DNA from: Nemertoderma westbladi
Taxonomy: Eukaryota > Animalia > Xenacoelomorpha
NCBI GenBank assembly: GCA_032718475.1
Contig: JAUCBJ010005891.1
Coordinates: 13,587-77,586 of the forward strand
Direction: 5' to 3'
Length of the DNA: 64,000 nucleotides
The translations under genes and the position numbers were made by a program. Shown piece after piece: positions 12,718 through 26,397 of the stretch (position 1 is its first letter; the number at the start of each line of letters is the position of its first letter). The notes under the pieces are model-generated. The model worked only from the letters and a program-made list of their open reading frames with translations. It was not told where the DNA came from and did not search any database.

Positions 12718-15700
12718 CTAAGGTCTGTGGGATGTGCTGCCTTCATCGTTGTCGCTGTCCCCATCATCCCCACTAAACGCCTCCTCTGGGTCCAAATGTC
12801 CCAACTCCTTATTATCAAAGATCTTCGGTAGTAAATGGAGCCGCAACGGGACCAATAGGATGAGGAACAAGGGGAAGAAGGGGGCCAAAGGCTTAAAGAG
12901 TTTAACACCAACGAGGAGGAGGAAGCATATGAGTTGTATGAGAGTAAATAAGTGGATCTTCCAATGTCGGACATTTCGTAGGAATGCCGCGTCAGGATGG
13001 TGTTTGACAGGCATAAAGAAAATCTTTATCCTCTTGAGCATGTGGATTCCGGTGAGGCAAGTGAAGCCGATATAGAGGAAAATACCGAAGAGGACACCAT
13101 TGGGGATGATGACAAGGATAGGTTTGAAAAATAGAGAGACACCTATTAGCAAATGGACAAGGATATTTGTGGCTCGTTGCTCTATGACGCAAACTAGTTT
13201 GGGCTTCTCTCCGGGCGCATGGTCTTTTGACATAATCGATAGGGCACCCTGATGAGCGACACAAGATGTGGTCGCTGCACACATCCAGGGCAGACCACAG
13301 ACCGCACTAAAAGCCGCTAGCACTCCCACTAGCATCATGTCGAGAAAGTGGCCTGTGCCTTTCCTCAACATTTTGTTTTTGTTGTTGATTATCAGTTCGG
13401 TGATCTCCGTTTCCAGGAAGATGAGACTAAAGGCAAGGAATCCAGGAATGCTGCAGGCCAATATCCAGTACCATGGGAGGTACCTTCCTTTATGACTGAC
13501 TATCGGATTGATAAAGAAATCTCTGTTCTCCTTTGATGGGAAGTAAATCCCAGATTCATTTGTGTAGGAGAGTTTTAATTTCTCTGAGTTAATGTAGGTC
13601 GGCATCGCGGCCACGTCTATGACAACCATAATAATCATTGAGATTGGAATCCCAAAGTCTCCGAGTAGACGGCGAGCGCTTTTTCCCAGGAATCGGCTTC
13701 TTCTGAATTGGCTGAGAAACAATGCGATGAAAAAGGTTCCAAGACAGAGGATCGTGGAGAAGAGTGCATTGTTGGGTACATCATGTACATCCCTGGTGCA
13801 CCCGTACTCCTTGAGTGGGCATCCATTATCAGATTGGTAGTCATGGTAGGTTGTGGCTAATGATTTGTCTGCTGGTGAGCAGTAGGCCTCATGGTTTGCT
13901 GGAAGAAGAGGGTTGCACACATAGACCACCCTTAGCCAATCAACAACCTCGTATATAAATATAAAGGAAATTAGGAAAGCAACTATCTCCTCTGTGAAAC
14001 GGCTCACATAACGTATAAAAAAAGCTCCATCACAAGCCACTGTTATTGTACTCATTATAAATATCCAGATCCCTGTCCAAAACCGTATCTGCATGAAGAA
14101 CTCCTCGAGACAGAACTGATCCTTGATGTATTTATAGAGTGATTCTTCAAATACAAGCATAGGGCCTGTGGAGCCGAGAATAATAAAAGGTTGTGCTGAA
14201 AACAGACCAAATATCACCCCACATACGCTAGTAGAGATTAACATCTCACTTACTCCCATATATTGGTAAGTTTTATCACCTAATAAACCGCCATATGTGA
14301 TTGCAGAGCAGAAACAAGTAAAATAAACAAAAAATAAGGCCACAATAGCTTGCAAATTAAACGCATCTGTGAAGTCTGATGCATAATGAGGGTATCGCTG
14401 CTTAATATCAGCAATCATACCCCCAAATGCACGGCCAGTTCTCGCTAGAGGGTCCCGTCTTACTACTGCTGGACGAGAGTCCCTTCTTGGCTTCTTTGCA
14501 TCGCGTCTCATCCGCCTCGCAGTTCTTTGTCTTCTTAAATTGTTTCGGTTCTGCTGTTTTGTGATTGGCATAAGGAGATCCTTGTCCCACTCACCTGGAG
14601 GCAGCACCATTGATTCATCGAGAAATTCATTGACAGCACTCAGAAGGTCATCCCGAGAGTTTGCTGTGTAGGCAGCATCATGGAAGAATGAGTCTGACAT
14701 GAGAGTGGACATGGAGCGACCAACCTCATGGTAGTCGAGGTTGTAATTTGTAGGTCCCAGGAGGAAGAACATGAACCGGACAGGTATGGGAACCTCTGTT
14801 ATCTGGGTCAGAGGAATGGCCTTAGCAAGTCGAATAAATGCCATTACAGGATGTTCTAAGAAATCCACACAACCAACTAAAACATCACAGCATTCTGAGC
14901 CAATGGGAATACGACGCATAATACCTTGTGATGCGCTGTCCCCAGCAGGAGTTCGACCAACACTCATATTGGACAAGTTTCGAACTAGGGGTGGAACACC
15001 ACCATTCTGGCCTTTACCATCAGCCATGTTGATATGTATATCATTAGATTTGGAAATGCTAACATCAAATGAATGTGAGCGTTGCAGTAAATGCTGTGGT
15101 GTAGCGGTAGCCCTGCTTTTCTGATGTTCGCCAACATGGCGATGTTTTAACAACATTGCCCAAATTAATTGAAGGCGATTTTCTTCATCAAGCATTTCAT
15201 TATTTATCATTTTGTCGACAATGGTATTAACTATTGTAATCAAGTCATTAACGTCTAGATCTAGCAACATAACACCATATTCTAGACATCGTCGAAAATC
15301 TAACAAACTGTGGAATGATAAGGAAGCAACATGGGGTTTACCCCATCGCCCACCTTCCTGGGCATCTTCTTCAAATTTAATCCATCTGGCCGTCTCTTTC
15401 CATTGTAATTCTCCATTATCGGTTTGGTACAACTCATCCAATTCAACAAAAACATTATGTGGTGTATGGTCAAACCCTGCAACCATCTTCTCCTGACGAT
15501 GCTCTCCCCTCTCTCTCCACCGGGTTCTGTCCCAATTGCTTCTTTTTTTGCTATTCACATATTGTAAACGTGAATTGTTATGAGATTCAGTAGGCCTAAG
15601 TACCTTATTATGATCTCCTTTAACAGAATCAACCACAGACAGATGATTATTGTTGTCACGCTTGTGGTGATGATGATGATGGTGTTTTTTCCGGTGATGA

Positions 15701-16704
15701 ATGTCCCGTTCTGGTATGAATTGTCGCCCGAGTCTGTGATCTCTTACATCATCATCTTCTTGACTTTCAGATGTGCTGCCCCATGTTTTTGGCGAGATGG
15801 GGCTACTGGCCCTAGAACCATCTTGTTTGCCCTGATAATTAATATCATCAATGTCTCCCTTGGAGTTACTATGATCAATAATAAATGGACCATCAATTCC
15901 ACCATCATCTTTGTCCTGTAATTCTTTATTCACCAGCTTAATTGAATCCTTAAATTTTTCAGTATCTCCTTTCACTAGTGGTATATCAATTGGATGATGA
16001 CTATCTATATCAAGCATGGGGAATGTATTTCTTCGACTACTACTATCATCGTCGTCATCATCATCATCATTGATAACATTGAGGGCATCCCGACTGAAAG
16101 TGACTCCCTTCTTGTGTGTATTAGGTGATTGCTGTATAACTCCAGGTTGATTTGTCAATCTTGGTATATCATCAGTTTGCTCTTGTTTCCATGGCAAAGG
16201 GAACAACAAATTATCACATTTTAAATCATCATCACCAAGTATAAACATCGGTTTTTCAGCACCATCCATATTCTCATAGGGGTGTTCAATTGCTGTACTG
16301 AGTTTCCTATTGATATTTAGTATCCGAGGATCAACTGAGACACCTGTTCCATGAAATGATTTCATTCTATGATGATTTCGATGGTTTCCAGTAGTGTCAA
16401 TGCGATGAGAAGATATTTCACCTTCTCGAAATGATCCAAAACTCGAAATGCATCCAGATCCTACCATCTCTTCTGAGATGCTAGCAACCATTTCGTTCAG
16501 ATTATCTTCAGATTTAGTTTTGTCGAATGGTGGTGGTTTTTTACGAATGGAGGATTTTTTCACCTGATCTTTTTTTGCCTCTTTTTCATCATCTACATCT
16601 TGGATTACAAGAAGGTCATCAACCTCGGCAGTTTCCTTCGGTATATCGACGCGATTATTTGAACTTCCAGAATATTTACTGTCTGCCTTTGGCTCATGAT
16701 CCAT
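12718..16704 (-). CDS. SLC4 bicarbonate transporter, anion exchanger 2/3-like; intronless CDS of about 1328 aa from the first ATG
   Basis: VFVELDEL, WKETARWIKFEE, WGKPHVASLSFHSLL, EVPIPVRFMFFLLGP, DPLARTGRAFGG, about 14 TM segments, EQRATNILVHLLIG; His-rich N-terminal region; the ORF track starts at TTG 16728, first ATG is at 16704. Confidence 0.95.
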   Translation of the reverse strand: MDHEPKADSKYSGSSNNRVDIPKETAEVDDLLVIQDVDDEKEAKKDQVKKSSIRKKPPPFDKTKSEDNLNEMVASISEEMVGSGCISSFGSFREGEISSHRIDTTGNHRNHHRMKSFHGTGVSVDPRILNINRKLSTAIEHPYENMDGAEKPMFILGDDDLKCDNLLFPLPWKQEQTDDIPRLTNQPGVIQQSPNTHKKGVTFSRDALNVINDDDDDDDDSSSRRNTFPMLDIDSHHPIDIPLVKGDTEKFKDSIKLVNKELQDKDDGGIDGPFIIDHSNSKGDIDDINYQGKQDGSRASSPISPKTWGSTSESQEDDDVRDHRLGRQFIPERDIHHRKKHHHHHHHKRDNNNHLSVVDSVKGDHNKVLRPTESHNNSRLQYVNSKKRSNWDRTRWRERGEHRQEKMVAGFDHTPHNVFVELDELYQTDNGELQWKETARWIKFEEDAQEGGRWGKPHVASLSFHSLLDFRRCLEYGVMLLDLDVNDLITIVNTIVDKMINNEMLDEENRLQLIWAMLLKHRHVGEHQKSRATATPQHLLQRSHSFDVSISKSNDIHINMADGKGQNGGVPPLVRNLSNMSVGRTPAGDSASQGIMRRIPIGSECCDVLVGCVDFLEHPVMAFIRLAKAIPLTQITEVPIPVRFMFFLLGPTNYNLDYHEVGRSMSTLMSDSFFHDAAYTANSRDDLLSAVNEFLDESMVLPPGEWDKDLLMPITKQQNRNNLRRQRTARRMRRDAKKPRRDSRPAVVRRDPLARTGRAFGGMIADIKQRYPHYASDFTDAFNLQAIVALFFVYFTCFCSAITYGGLLGDKTYQYMGVSEMLISTSVCGVIFGLFSAQPFIILGSTGPMLVFEESLYKYIKDQFCLEEFFMQIRFWTGIWIFIMSTITVACDGAFFIRYVSRFTEEIVAFLISFIFIYEVVDWLRVVYVCNPLLPANHEAYCSPADKSLATTYHDYQSDNGCPLKEYGCTRDVHDVPNNALFSTILCLGTFFIALFLSQFRRSRFLGKSARRLLGDFGIPISMIIMVVIDVAAMPTYINSEKLKLSYTNESGIYFPSKENRDFFINPIVSHKGRYLPWYWILACSIPGFLAFSLIFLETEITELIINNKNKMLRKGTGHFLDMMLVGVLAAFSAVCGLPWMCAATTSCVAHQGALSIMSKDHAPGEKPKLVCVIEQRATNILVHLLIGVSLFFKPILVIIPNGVLFGIFLYIGFTCLTGIHMLKRIKIFFMPVKHHPDAAFLRNVRHWKIHLFTLIQLICFLLLVGVKLFKPLAPFFPLFLILLVPLRLHLLPKIFDNKELGHLDPEEAFSGDDGDSDNDEGSTSHRP

Positions 16705-19319
16705 TTGACTAATAGGACAAATTCTCAACTAACATTGATTGGGTTAACAATTATGACTTAACCGATAATATATTCTATAACCAATATAATATAATGTGTA
16801 TAATTATCCATCAGAGTACCGATAGTATATAAGTCTATAAGTATAAGTCTGACTTTTAAATCCTATTGCTGTATTGCATTGCTGTAGTACTGTAACACCA
16901 AACACTGGAAATTAATCTACATGTGTAACAGACCACTGGACCATTTATTTTTGTCATTTGTAGCGCTTGTATTTTTCACCAATTAGGGCCTACATTCAGA
17001 CATTGTTTTTGGGTACTTTTCTCGCCCACCTAAGGGGCTATGTTAAAGCAAAAACCAATCTAATTAATAATTTATGTTTTCAGGTTTTAAAAAGTGTATT
17101 GAAGAGCCCATGAAAATGCCCATTTTTGGGGTAGAACTGTTTTTTTACCTTAAAGTGGGCACTTTTTTAAATTTAAAAAAAATGTACAAAAAACTGAAAT
17201 ATAATAAATTTTTAAATACTTAGTGTGAAGATTCGATATCAAACTTTCATCTAATTATACTTCGTGAATCGTGATACTTCCCCTACAATTATGATGTAAA
17301 ACGTAGCGGTTTTTTAAAAAGTATGCCCACATTCGGCTTCGGGCAGTCGGGTGTCGACGGTACCCAAAAAGACAAAAAAAAATTTTTTTCATAAGTAATG
17401 TAGCCTATCTAATGGTGACTATAAGATTTAAGTTAACTGTAAGAAGAGTTTCACTTTTCAGTTTCTTCAAAATAAGCGAGGCCCGTATCGGCCTATTGGC
17501 GAATTAATATCCCGCCTCATGTTAAATTCTTAATTTAGGGGAAGGGCAGAAGGAACGGTTCAGCAGGTTACAGTCTTACAGTGACCCGTTATTTTAACCA
17601 AAACAATAAACTAAACACAATACAGCAATAGAACAGGTTACCGTTTTATTTTTGAGAGTAACAGAGTAACCTAGCTTTTACTGTTTTATGTGCGTCGAAC
17701 AGTCTAATTTCACCTGGCAGCCTGGAGAGGGATGAATGTTTATTGCGTCCAGTTCCCCAGTCTGTCTGTCTGTATACTGCTATAACTTTATCAGTTTATA
17801 CCTTTTTATAGGACTGTAGGATACCGGTATAAATTTTTTGGGTAATATGTCTGTCAGTATTGTGTTTCATTGCTCGATTGCTGTATTGTGTTTTTTGTGT
17901 ATTTTTGGGGTAATTCGTAGGACCGATGGCAGGATGGTGGACCATGGATGGAGAGCTTCTCATATTGCAGTATTGTTCTATTATTTATTACATACATTCA
18001 GACAATATACCGGTACTGTTATAGGCCTATAAGTTTAATATTTGGTAATCAAATTACAGAATCAGTCTGTCAGTACCGGTACTGCAGTATACCATTACAG
18101 CAGTTGGCAGTATACTGGTATACAGCACAGCAGTAGGCCTAAGCCTACAGGCCTAGGTCAGTAGGTATTGAGATAACTCAGCAGAAGTGCCGAAATGACC
18201 TTCATAAGGCGCAGAAAGAGTCCCGACTCAAACAGACACAAGTCCCTAAAAGGTGCCACCCTGCTCCATAGCGCGGGAAATTTAAATGATTGAAAGACAT
18301 GCAATTTGTACTGGAAAGGGTGGCAGATCAGATCTGCCACCTATATTTTGGCGGTAAATTCAAATCTGTTTTAACATTGAATATATGAATAGAGTAACCC
18401 AGGTAGCAAATATAATTAACTGCTGAACTGAACGTACCATGGATTAAATGAACGTTCAATTTTCGTTATATTTCGTGAATGAATAGAAAATTGTGAATGT
18501 AGTAAAGGTTCACTTTGCGTAATTTGTATTACCGTCACGCTAATAACTAAAAATGGACGTTGAGTAGCCGTTTGTTAATTGTTGAACAGTTGAATAACCG
18601 AATTACCGCTTGTACTGAACATGCAATACCGTGATTTGCTTGTACATGAGAAATTGAAATTATATCGCACTGACTGCCAAATGTGTCACTACAAAGCTGC
18701 AAAGTCCACATTGTACTATTCCCTGTTTCGGTTTAAGTTCCGCATTTAGGATTACAGTTTCTGAGTTAGTAGCGCATTGTATTTTGTCACGAGTTACTAA
18801 GAGTAAGAATGTTCATTCATAATAATATTTTATCATATTATATGTCATAGACAAATATAGCAGTATAGGCAGAGGCATTATACACCTATTGTTATTACAG
18901 TAGGCCTACCTGCGATATATTTTACTATCAATTCTCTGCTGTACAGCTGTATATATTTCTTATGAATTACATTACGCAATATTTCTTAGTAGACCTAAAT
19001 AAGATAATATGTCTGTAGGCCTGAAGTTTACATTATGAAGTCTACAGCTCTAGCTCCCTGACCTTTAAGTACGTACCCACGTACATACTGCAGCACACTG
19101 TGTACAGTTTGTAATGGTAATGAATATATTATAATTCTGTAATTAGAATTAACCCCCAAAAATATATCAATTCACAGCGCCTATCTATCATCTATCTACT
19201 TAAAATCTACTATTAATATACTAGGTATAAGTGTATATAATTGTTATAATTATAATGTTCTGATGTAATTATAACTGATACAAGCAAATAATAAATGTTC
19301 TTTACTTTCTTTAAATGTT

Positions 19320-21243
19320 CTATAGCGGCCAAGAATGCAGTTAAGGCTGCATCTAGGTCCATGACAGCCTGAACAGGCAGTACTCTGCTAATCTACAGGA
19401 GCTAATAAACCAACAGGTTGATGCCATCAATGATGCTGACTACAGCAGGCAATCATCCCAGGCATGGAAATCGATCAATCTGCTTACTGGGCGGAAAAGC
19501 CAACCAACCACCAAGGTTAAGGCTGAATCACCAGCCGATCGCCTCAATGGTTGGAAAGCCCACTTTGAAAAGCTCCTCAATAATGACAGGGTATTGCCTG
19601 ATAACTTTATAGAAGTAAAAGTGTCTGAGTCTGTACTCCCAGATATTCCCATTGGCGATATCTCCTTTGCAGAAGTGAAGGCTGCTGCAAAGAGCATTAA
19701 GACCAATCGTGCCAGTGGAGTAGATGGTGTTCCCCCTGAGGTCTTTAAAATACCTGAGTGTTTAAAGCTCATCTATCCCATCATAGTAGACATGTACCGA
19801 ACAACAAGAGTCCCACAAGAAATGAAAACAAATAAGTTGGTGCCAGTTCCCAAGAAGGGCTACCTAACACTCTATGGTTCTTTTCGGGGAATCTCATTGA
19901 TCTCGATTGCTGCAAAGCTATACAATAGGATTCTATTAAATCGCATCAGGGATCCCATTGAGAGACTGCTCCGTGGAAATCAGAATGGGTTCCGTAAAGG
20001 TCGTGGGACCATGGAGCCCATTTTGGCACTTAGAAGGATAATTGAAGAGTTATCAAAAAAGAAAGAAAGGCATCTGGCTGTTATCTTTGTTGACTTCTTC
20101 TAGGCCTTTGATTCAGTCTCTCGTTCACGTATGTTCAGCATACTTTCATTATATGGGATTCCTGATGAAATTATTGCAGCAATCAGATCAGTATACGATG
20201 GTTCGACAACATTTGTGTCTACTGTTGATGGTGACACAGAACCATTTGAAGTGTTATGGGGCGTCCTCCAAGGAGACACACTTGCACCATTCTTGTTCAT
20301 TATTGTGGTTGACTATGTTCTACGCATGTCCTTAGATCATTATAATGATGATGGGGTGATGATAACTCCACCTACTGGCTCCAGAAGTCGAGGAAATCCT
20401 GCCAAGTACCTAACTGATCTAGACTTTGCTGATGACTTAGGAGTACTCTCAGAATCATTAGAGGGAGCCCAACGGCTCCTCAGCTCATTAGAACATGCTG
20501 CTTCTAGTGTTGGTCTTTTTATTAACTCCAGAAAGACCAAAATTCTGACAGTTAACTTTGAAAGTCCTCAGCAAGTCTCTGATCGGATGAGCATAAGCTC
20601 AAAGGATGGTATGCTTGAGCATGTGGACGACTTCTGTTACCTGGGATCATGGATCCGGAAGTCAGGTGAGGACCTTCGAATACGTAAGGGAAAGGCATGG
20701 GCAGCCTTGAATAGGCTTTCCAGGATTTGGAAGTCACCGAGAATTAATCGGAAACTTAAGGTCCGATTATTTAGAGCAGCAGTAGTTCCAGTACTCCTCT
20801 ACGGGAGTCCATGCTGGGCTCTAACTGCTGAGGACACCAAATCTCTGGATGGCACATTCACAAGAATGCTACGCCGGGTTCATTGTGTCAAGTACAATGC
20901 ACACATCTCCAACCAGACACTATATAACATTGGAGGTGTCTCATTGGTTCCCCCAAGCTTGACACTAGAACAAAATCGCCTCCGCTTTGCAGGACATTGC
21001 TTTCGCCGTGAGGACCAGCCAGTGCATAATCTTGTACTTTGGCAGCCTCATGGAGTGAATAAGCATGGTGGACAGCCCATGACTTTCTTGAGACGCATCT
21101 TAAAGGACACTGGCCTTAAAGATGCGGATGATCTAGCAAATGTCATGGGTGATAGGGAGTTGTGGCGGTGCAATTTTGTTGACAAGCCGGCACAGCATTC
21201 TTAAAAATGCAGCTGCAAGGCAGCATGCCGCTACTAGTAGTAG
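19320..21243 (+). mobile_element. RTE-type LINE, 5'-truncated, RT with one premature stop
   Basis: ASGVDGVPPE, FRGISLISIAAKLYNRIL, QNGFRKGRGT, IFVDFF*AFDSV (TAG at 20101), GVLQGDTLAPFLF, DLDFADD, FCYLGS; (TAG)n tail. Confidence 0.92.
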
Positions 21244-21776
21244 TTATGCTATTGAAAGCCTTTGGTAATCATCATGCTAATCGCGAAGCGAACTTAGATC
21301 TTAGGTGAATTTAGATCACAATTTATACAAATTCCTTTGCACACGCTAGAGGATAAGCGAACTTAGATCCCATGTGTTGGGCCTACTGTGCGTTTAAAGT
21401 AGTTGCGACCCCAGTGACTCACCAACAAACTACAATTTGCCAATTTATAGCTAATTTGTTGCAATGTATTATGGTGGCTAAGTTCGTTTCCCTTCAAGCG
21501 TGATAATATTTACAGTAAGGTCTGAGCTGGCCAATGGGAATGACATTTCACATTAACACAGCTACAGTACTGCAATATATGCAAGGTGGGATCTAAGTTC
21601 GTATGTTTAGGATCTAAGTTCCCATGGGAAGGATCTAAGTCGTATGGGAAGGATCTAAGTTCGTATGGGAAGGATCTAAGTTCACCCAAGATCTAAGTTT
21701 GTTCAGGATCTAAGGTGCTCTAGGATCTAAAGCCGGGGAACCGGCATAGGCAGATAGGGGTACTGGTGGCATAATA

Positions 21777-22427
21777 CCAATTGGGGTGTCGTTTCAGCCT
21801 ATTTTAACATATTAACTTTAACGAATATTTCGCTATATTACGCAGCGATACCAGAAGGGGGGAGGGACAATATTAATATTTGCAGAGAGTTAGCCAATGT
21901 GTTGGCAGGGAAATCAGAAATTGTCGGCTTTGAGTATGATGAAGTTAAGCATATGCTTGCCCATGCGTCTTGCTGCTAGGTAAATTTAGATCTAATATTT
22001 TATATATTTTTTTTTTCTTTTGTTGCTGTATTTTTAATATTAATCTGAAATCTATTAAAGTGTCTATTATACCGTCACTTGTTGATCTTACCTTTAATAT
22101 ATATTATTTACCTTTGTGCTAATCTTTATATGTATACTGTACAATACATACCGGTACGCTGTACGTATATATATACGTTCCGCATCTATACGTTTCATAT
22201 ATATATATATATAATGTACGAAAATAAATGAAATTACAATTAAATTAAATTAAATTAAATTAATTTTGATATTCACAATTTAAGGTAGGGCCATCCTTTT
22301 AAAGGAAAGTAGTTTAAAGGAAATTACACAGTTTGGTTTACAGTATAAATTTTACTTCTAGGCACAAATTTTTCAACATTAATTTAAAATTAACCCTATG
22401 GGAAGGCTGAAACGACACCCCAATTGG
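21777..22427. mobile_element. MITE with 24-bp terminal inverted repeats
   Basis: CCAATTGGGGTGTCGTTTCAGCCT ... AGGCTGAAACGACACCCCAATTGG; no clear TSD. Confidence 0.75.
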
Positions 22428-22899
22428 CAATTTGCGTAGCGGTGTAGCAGAAAATTTCCTAGTGTATCCCTAGTGTATTCCCTAGTGTACCCCCCCCCCC
22501 CCCCCCCCCCCCCCCCCTTAGAATTCATTTAGGGTATTTTAGCCGGAGCCGGGGGTGAAACTAATCTGGGTGATATTTTAATGAAATTTAACCCCCCCCC
22601 CCCCCCCCCCCCCCCCCTTGGTGTATTCTTACCCCCCATGATATTTAAAATTTCAAATTAATTTAAATTCGATATAAGAGCTTGCAGTTAAGCGAACAGA
22701 CGACCACATATACCTCTAGAACACGACAAACACACGCTGAAGATTTGTAGGCCTATATAGTAAAGTACTGCAGAAGACTGGGCTTGAGGAAGTCACATGG
22801 CCAATATACACACAACTTTGTGCTGTGGCAACTTGCTGGTGAGAATATAGACGTGGTGAACAGCCAATGACTTTCACGACTGTGAGATCTGGTTGGGTG

Positions 22900-23046
22900 G
22901 TATGCTATGTTGGTGGGTACGCCGGTAGGGGGCGCTATGGTGGTTGGTCCGCCGGTAGGGGGCGCTATGGTGGTGGGTCCGCCGGTAGGGGGCGCTATGT
23001 TGGTGGGTACGCCGGTAGGGGGCGCTATGTTAGTGGGTCCGCCGGC
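22900..23046. repeat. GC-rich 30-bp minisatellite (about 5 units), possibly within a decayed TIR element at about 22436-23200
   Basis: GCTATGKTGGTGGGTMCGCCGGTAGGGGGC repeats; GGCTACGCCACTG end near 23199. Confidence 0.7.
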
Positions 23047-25204
23047 ACTGCACCTTAGTGCAGGCCGAGTAGTACAGTATATTATGCGTTATGCATAATA
23101 TGCAATAATGTGCAATAATGTTGCATAATGTGCAACATTTTTGTCTTTTTAATGTATTCATTATGTTTCCCCCAATCGAAAATCATGGCTACGCCACTGT
23201 CTATCTATCACCATTTTTACACCGATTGAGCCAAAAATTTACAGACATTAATTATCCGATCTATGTGCAACATCTTGAAAAAAATAACACAAGAAATCCA
23301 ATTACCTGTAGTTGATTTTCCGCTTCGACAGGAAGTGATGAGCTTATTGATTTTTTGCCGAAGTGTCAATTTTGGCCTGTTTTAAAATACCGCCCATTTC
23401 CTCAATGTTCCTTCAATTTGCCTGAAAATGTACAGACGGACACACACATTTACGGGTATTTAATGAGTGGATTTTACGACAGGAGAGGCAGGCCTACAGA
23501 GAGAAATAGTAGCACTCACTATAGCTAAGAAAAAAGTATCTATACTGTGAATTTTTTGTGCAGAATGGTAGAATAAATATGAACTGTCGTCTCATTCAAC
23601 TTCACTAGATATTGATAAGTTAAATAGGAAGCGAATGTGATAAGTGATCTCCAAACTATAGCACTAGCCGTTCCAGACACAAAGTAAAACATGAGACATA
23701 CATGGTTATTAGCAACCCGCGGTGAACTGGAACCAAGAAGATGCCTATCTACTAATCTACCATAAATAGTAATTGACAGATGTTAAGCCGCACTTTTAGC
23801 ACTGAGTTATTGGGGTGTACCCGTGAAGCAAGTCCTTGTGATAAAACTAATTTGTTTAATGCCGAGATTACGGATATGATTTCCGTGATGTAAACGCGAC
23901 AAGACACACTAAAAGTAAACACGGGCCCATCATGTGAAGAATACCACACTTTCTGCCGTTATATTTCACTTTGCAGTTACCACCATGTGAAGAATACCAG
24001 ACTTTCTACCGTTATATTTCACTTTGTAGTTACCCCCATGTGAAGAATACCAGACTTTCTACCGTTATATTTCACTTTGCAGTTACCCCCATGTGAAGAA
24101 TACCAGACTTTCTACCGTTATATTTCACTTTGTAGTTACCCCCATGTGAAGAATACCAGACTTTCTGCCGTTATATTTCACTTTGCAGTTACCCACATGT
24201 GAAGAATACCAGGTTTTCACCAAAAACACAGGTTACCGGCTATTTGCACTTTTCTAAAGAAAATGTAATATATTAATGTAGCCCTACACTGTAATTCCAA
24301 AATAGCTAATATCACATATTAATTCCTTGTGCACCCTTTCTAATACTAAATACTTTGGCGGAGTTCTGTCCGCCATATGTTGTTATTATAAGCCCCGCCC
24401 CACCCAGTCAGAGCACACAACCTATCCTACCCCTTATAATTCGATAATACGTCCAAGCCTCCATACAGCAGCACATACACGTACAGTACTATAATGAAAC
24501 GCGAAATGGAGCTAGAGGAACAGCCAAGAGCTGCACCTGTTGTCAAGTGCCTTTAGATAACGTATTGTAAATGGGAGCTGTTGCTATAGGAACACAGCTT
24601 TAAGACTAACTAATAGACGTTTGTCTGATAAATTATATCTAATTATTAAGTTGCCTGGTTGTATGTATTAAGATGCATATGGGTGCAGCAGTTAATCCTT
24701 ATACTCTTTGCAGCTATGTTACTAAGTGTACAGTAACAGTAGTGCTTGCGTACTACTTTCTCCTTCCCGATGTAATACTGATGACATACGATATTATTTA
24801 TAGATTGAATATTGTCAGCTGTGGCTGGTTCCAATCGCAAATGTTACTATACTCAAAAATATGTTAATAGTTATATTTTTATTGGAAAAATTGAAGTGTT
24901 AAGTTAGTATACTGATATTCAGAGATGCTGTGACATCGCGGTGCCAGCACTGTCAATGTATATGGGGCGAGCCACGAACGTGTACAATACATTCAAAGTG
25001 CGACTGAAGTCTCTTCCCGGTTGAAACAATAAATATTGTTAAATAATCAGTGATAGAAAGTCTTTATTTCACTAAAGATATTGATTGAAAGTCAATTTTC
25101 CTCTCTGATTTTCGAAATTATTATTGTGTGTAGATAATGTTTTGATGAAAATGTATAGAGTATAATAGTTGCCATAATATAATAATTTATTATTGGTATT
25201 ATGG

Positions 25205-25290
25205 GCACAGACCTGAGCCGCTGGGTGCTTGTAGCGTCAGACTTCCAATTCGGAGGTCGCCAGTTCGATCCCACCTGGACGTCATTACCG
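25205..25290 (+). mobile_element. Decayed tRNA-derived SINE head
   Basis: B-box GTTCGATCCC preceded by anticodon-arm-like GTCAGACTTCCAATTCGGAGGTC; weak A box. Confidence 0.45.
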
Positions 25291-25737
25291 ACTTTACAAA
25301 AACTGTGCCCAACAAAAAATAAGTAAAGCGAAATGCCAGCCAACAACCCAGTGCATAGTTCATTAACTGTGGTTGAGTACAGTAGTAGATAACAATATGC
25401 TAGTCCTGTCAGTACCAGAGATTCATTAAAAGTACATTATGTGATAGATATATTGATTAAATCCTTTATTGATTAAATCCTTTATCTCACGGACCATGGT
25501 GTGCTAATGAATTTCTCCTTTCCCTTCCCAGGCATATACAACTGTTCTTACAGTTGGCTGGTCTTGGTTACAGCGCCCTAAACCTCATATGAAAGCCGTT
25601 AGTTTTTTTGTGCCTGAAGATAAAATTAATAAATAAAGATATTCGTTATTTTATAAATGCTGCAGATGGGGAGGACATTCGACGCAATCAAAAGGGTATC
25701 CTTCTCCAGGGGAAAATCGACGTAAATTAACCTCGCT

Positions 25738-26397
25738 CATATACAATACACAATCATAACGATATTCAAACATACAACCCACAATCATAACGATATTCAA
25801 ACATACAACCCACAATCATAACGATATTCAAACATACAACCCACAATCATAACGATATTCAAACATACAACCCACAATCATAACGATATTCAAACATACA
25901 ACCCACAATCATAACGATATTCAAACATACAACCCACAATCATAACGATATTCAAACATACAACCCACAATCATAACGATATTCAAACATACAACCCACA
26001 ATCATAACGATATTCAAACATACAACCCACAATCATAACGATATTCAAACATACAACCCACAATCATAACGATATTCAAACATACAATACACAATCATAA
26101 CGATATTCAAACATACAACCCACAATCATAACGATATTCAAACATACAACCCACAATCATAACGATATTCAAACATACAACCCACAATCATAACGATATT
26201 CAAACATACAACCCACAATCATAACGATATTCAAACATACAATACACAATCATAACGATATTCAAACATACAACCCACAATCATAACGATATTCAAACAT
26301 ACAACCCACAATCATAACGATATTCAAACATACAACCCACAATCATAACGATATTCAAACATACAACCCACAATCATAACGATATTCAATCATACAA
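25738..26397. repeat. 31-bp tandem minisatellite (about 21 units)
   Basis: ACAATCATAACGATATTCAAACATACAACCC. Confidence 0.95.

Noticed and set aside
16705-16728. TTG start for SLC4 given by the ORF track
   Set aside because: Eukaryotic gene; the first in-frame ATG at 16704 is preferred, though an upstream exon cannot be excluded
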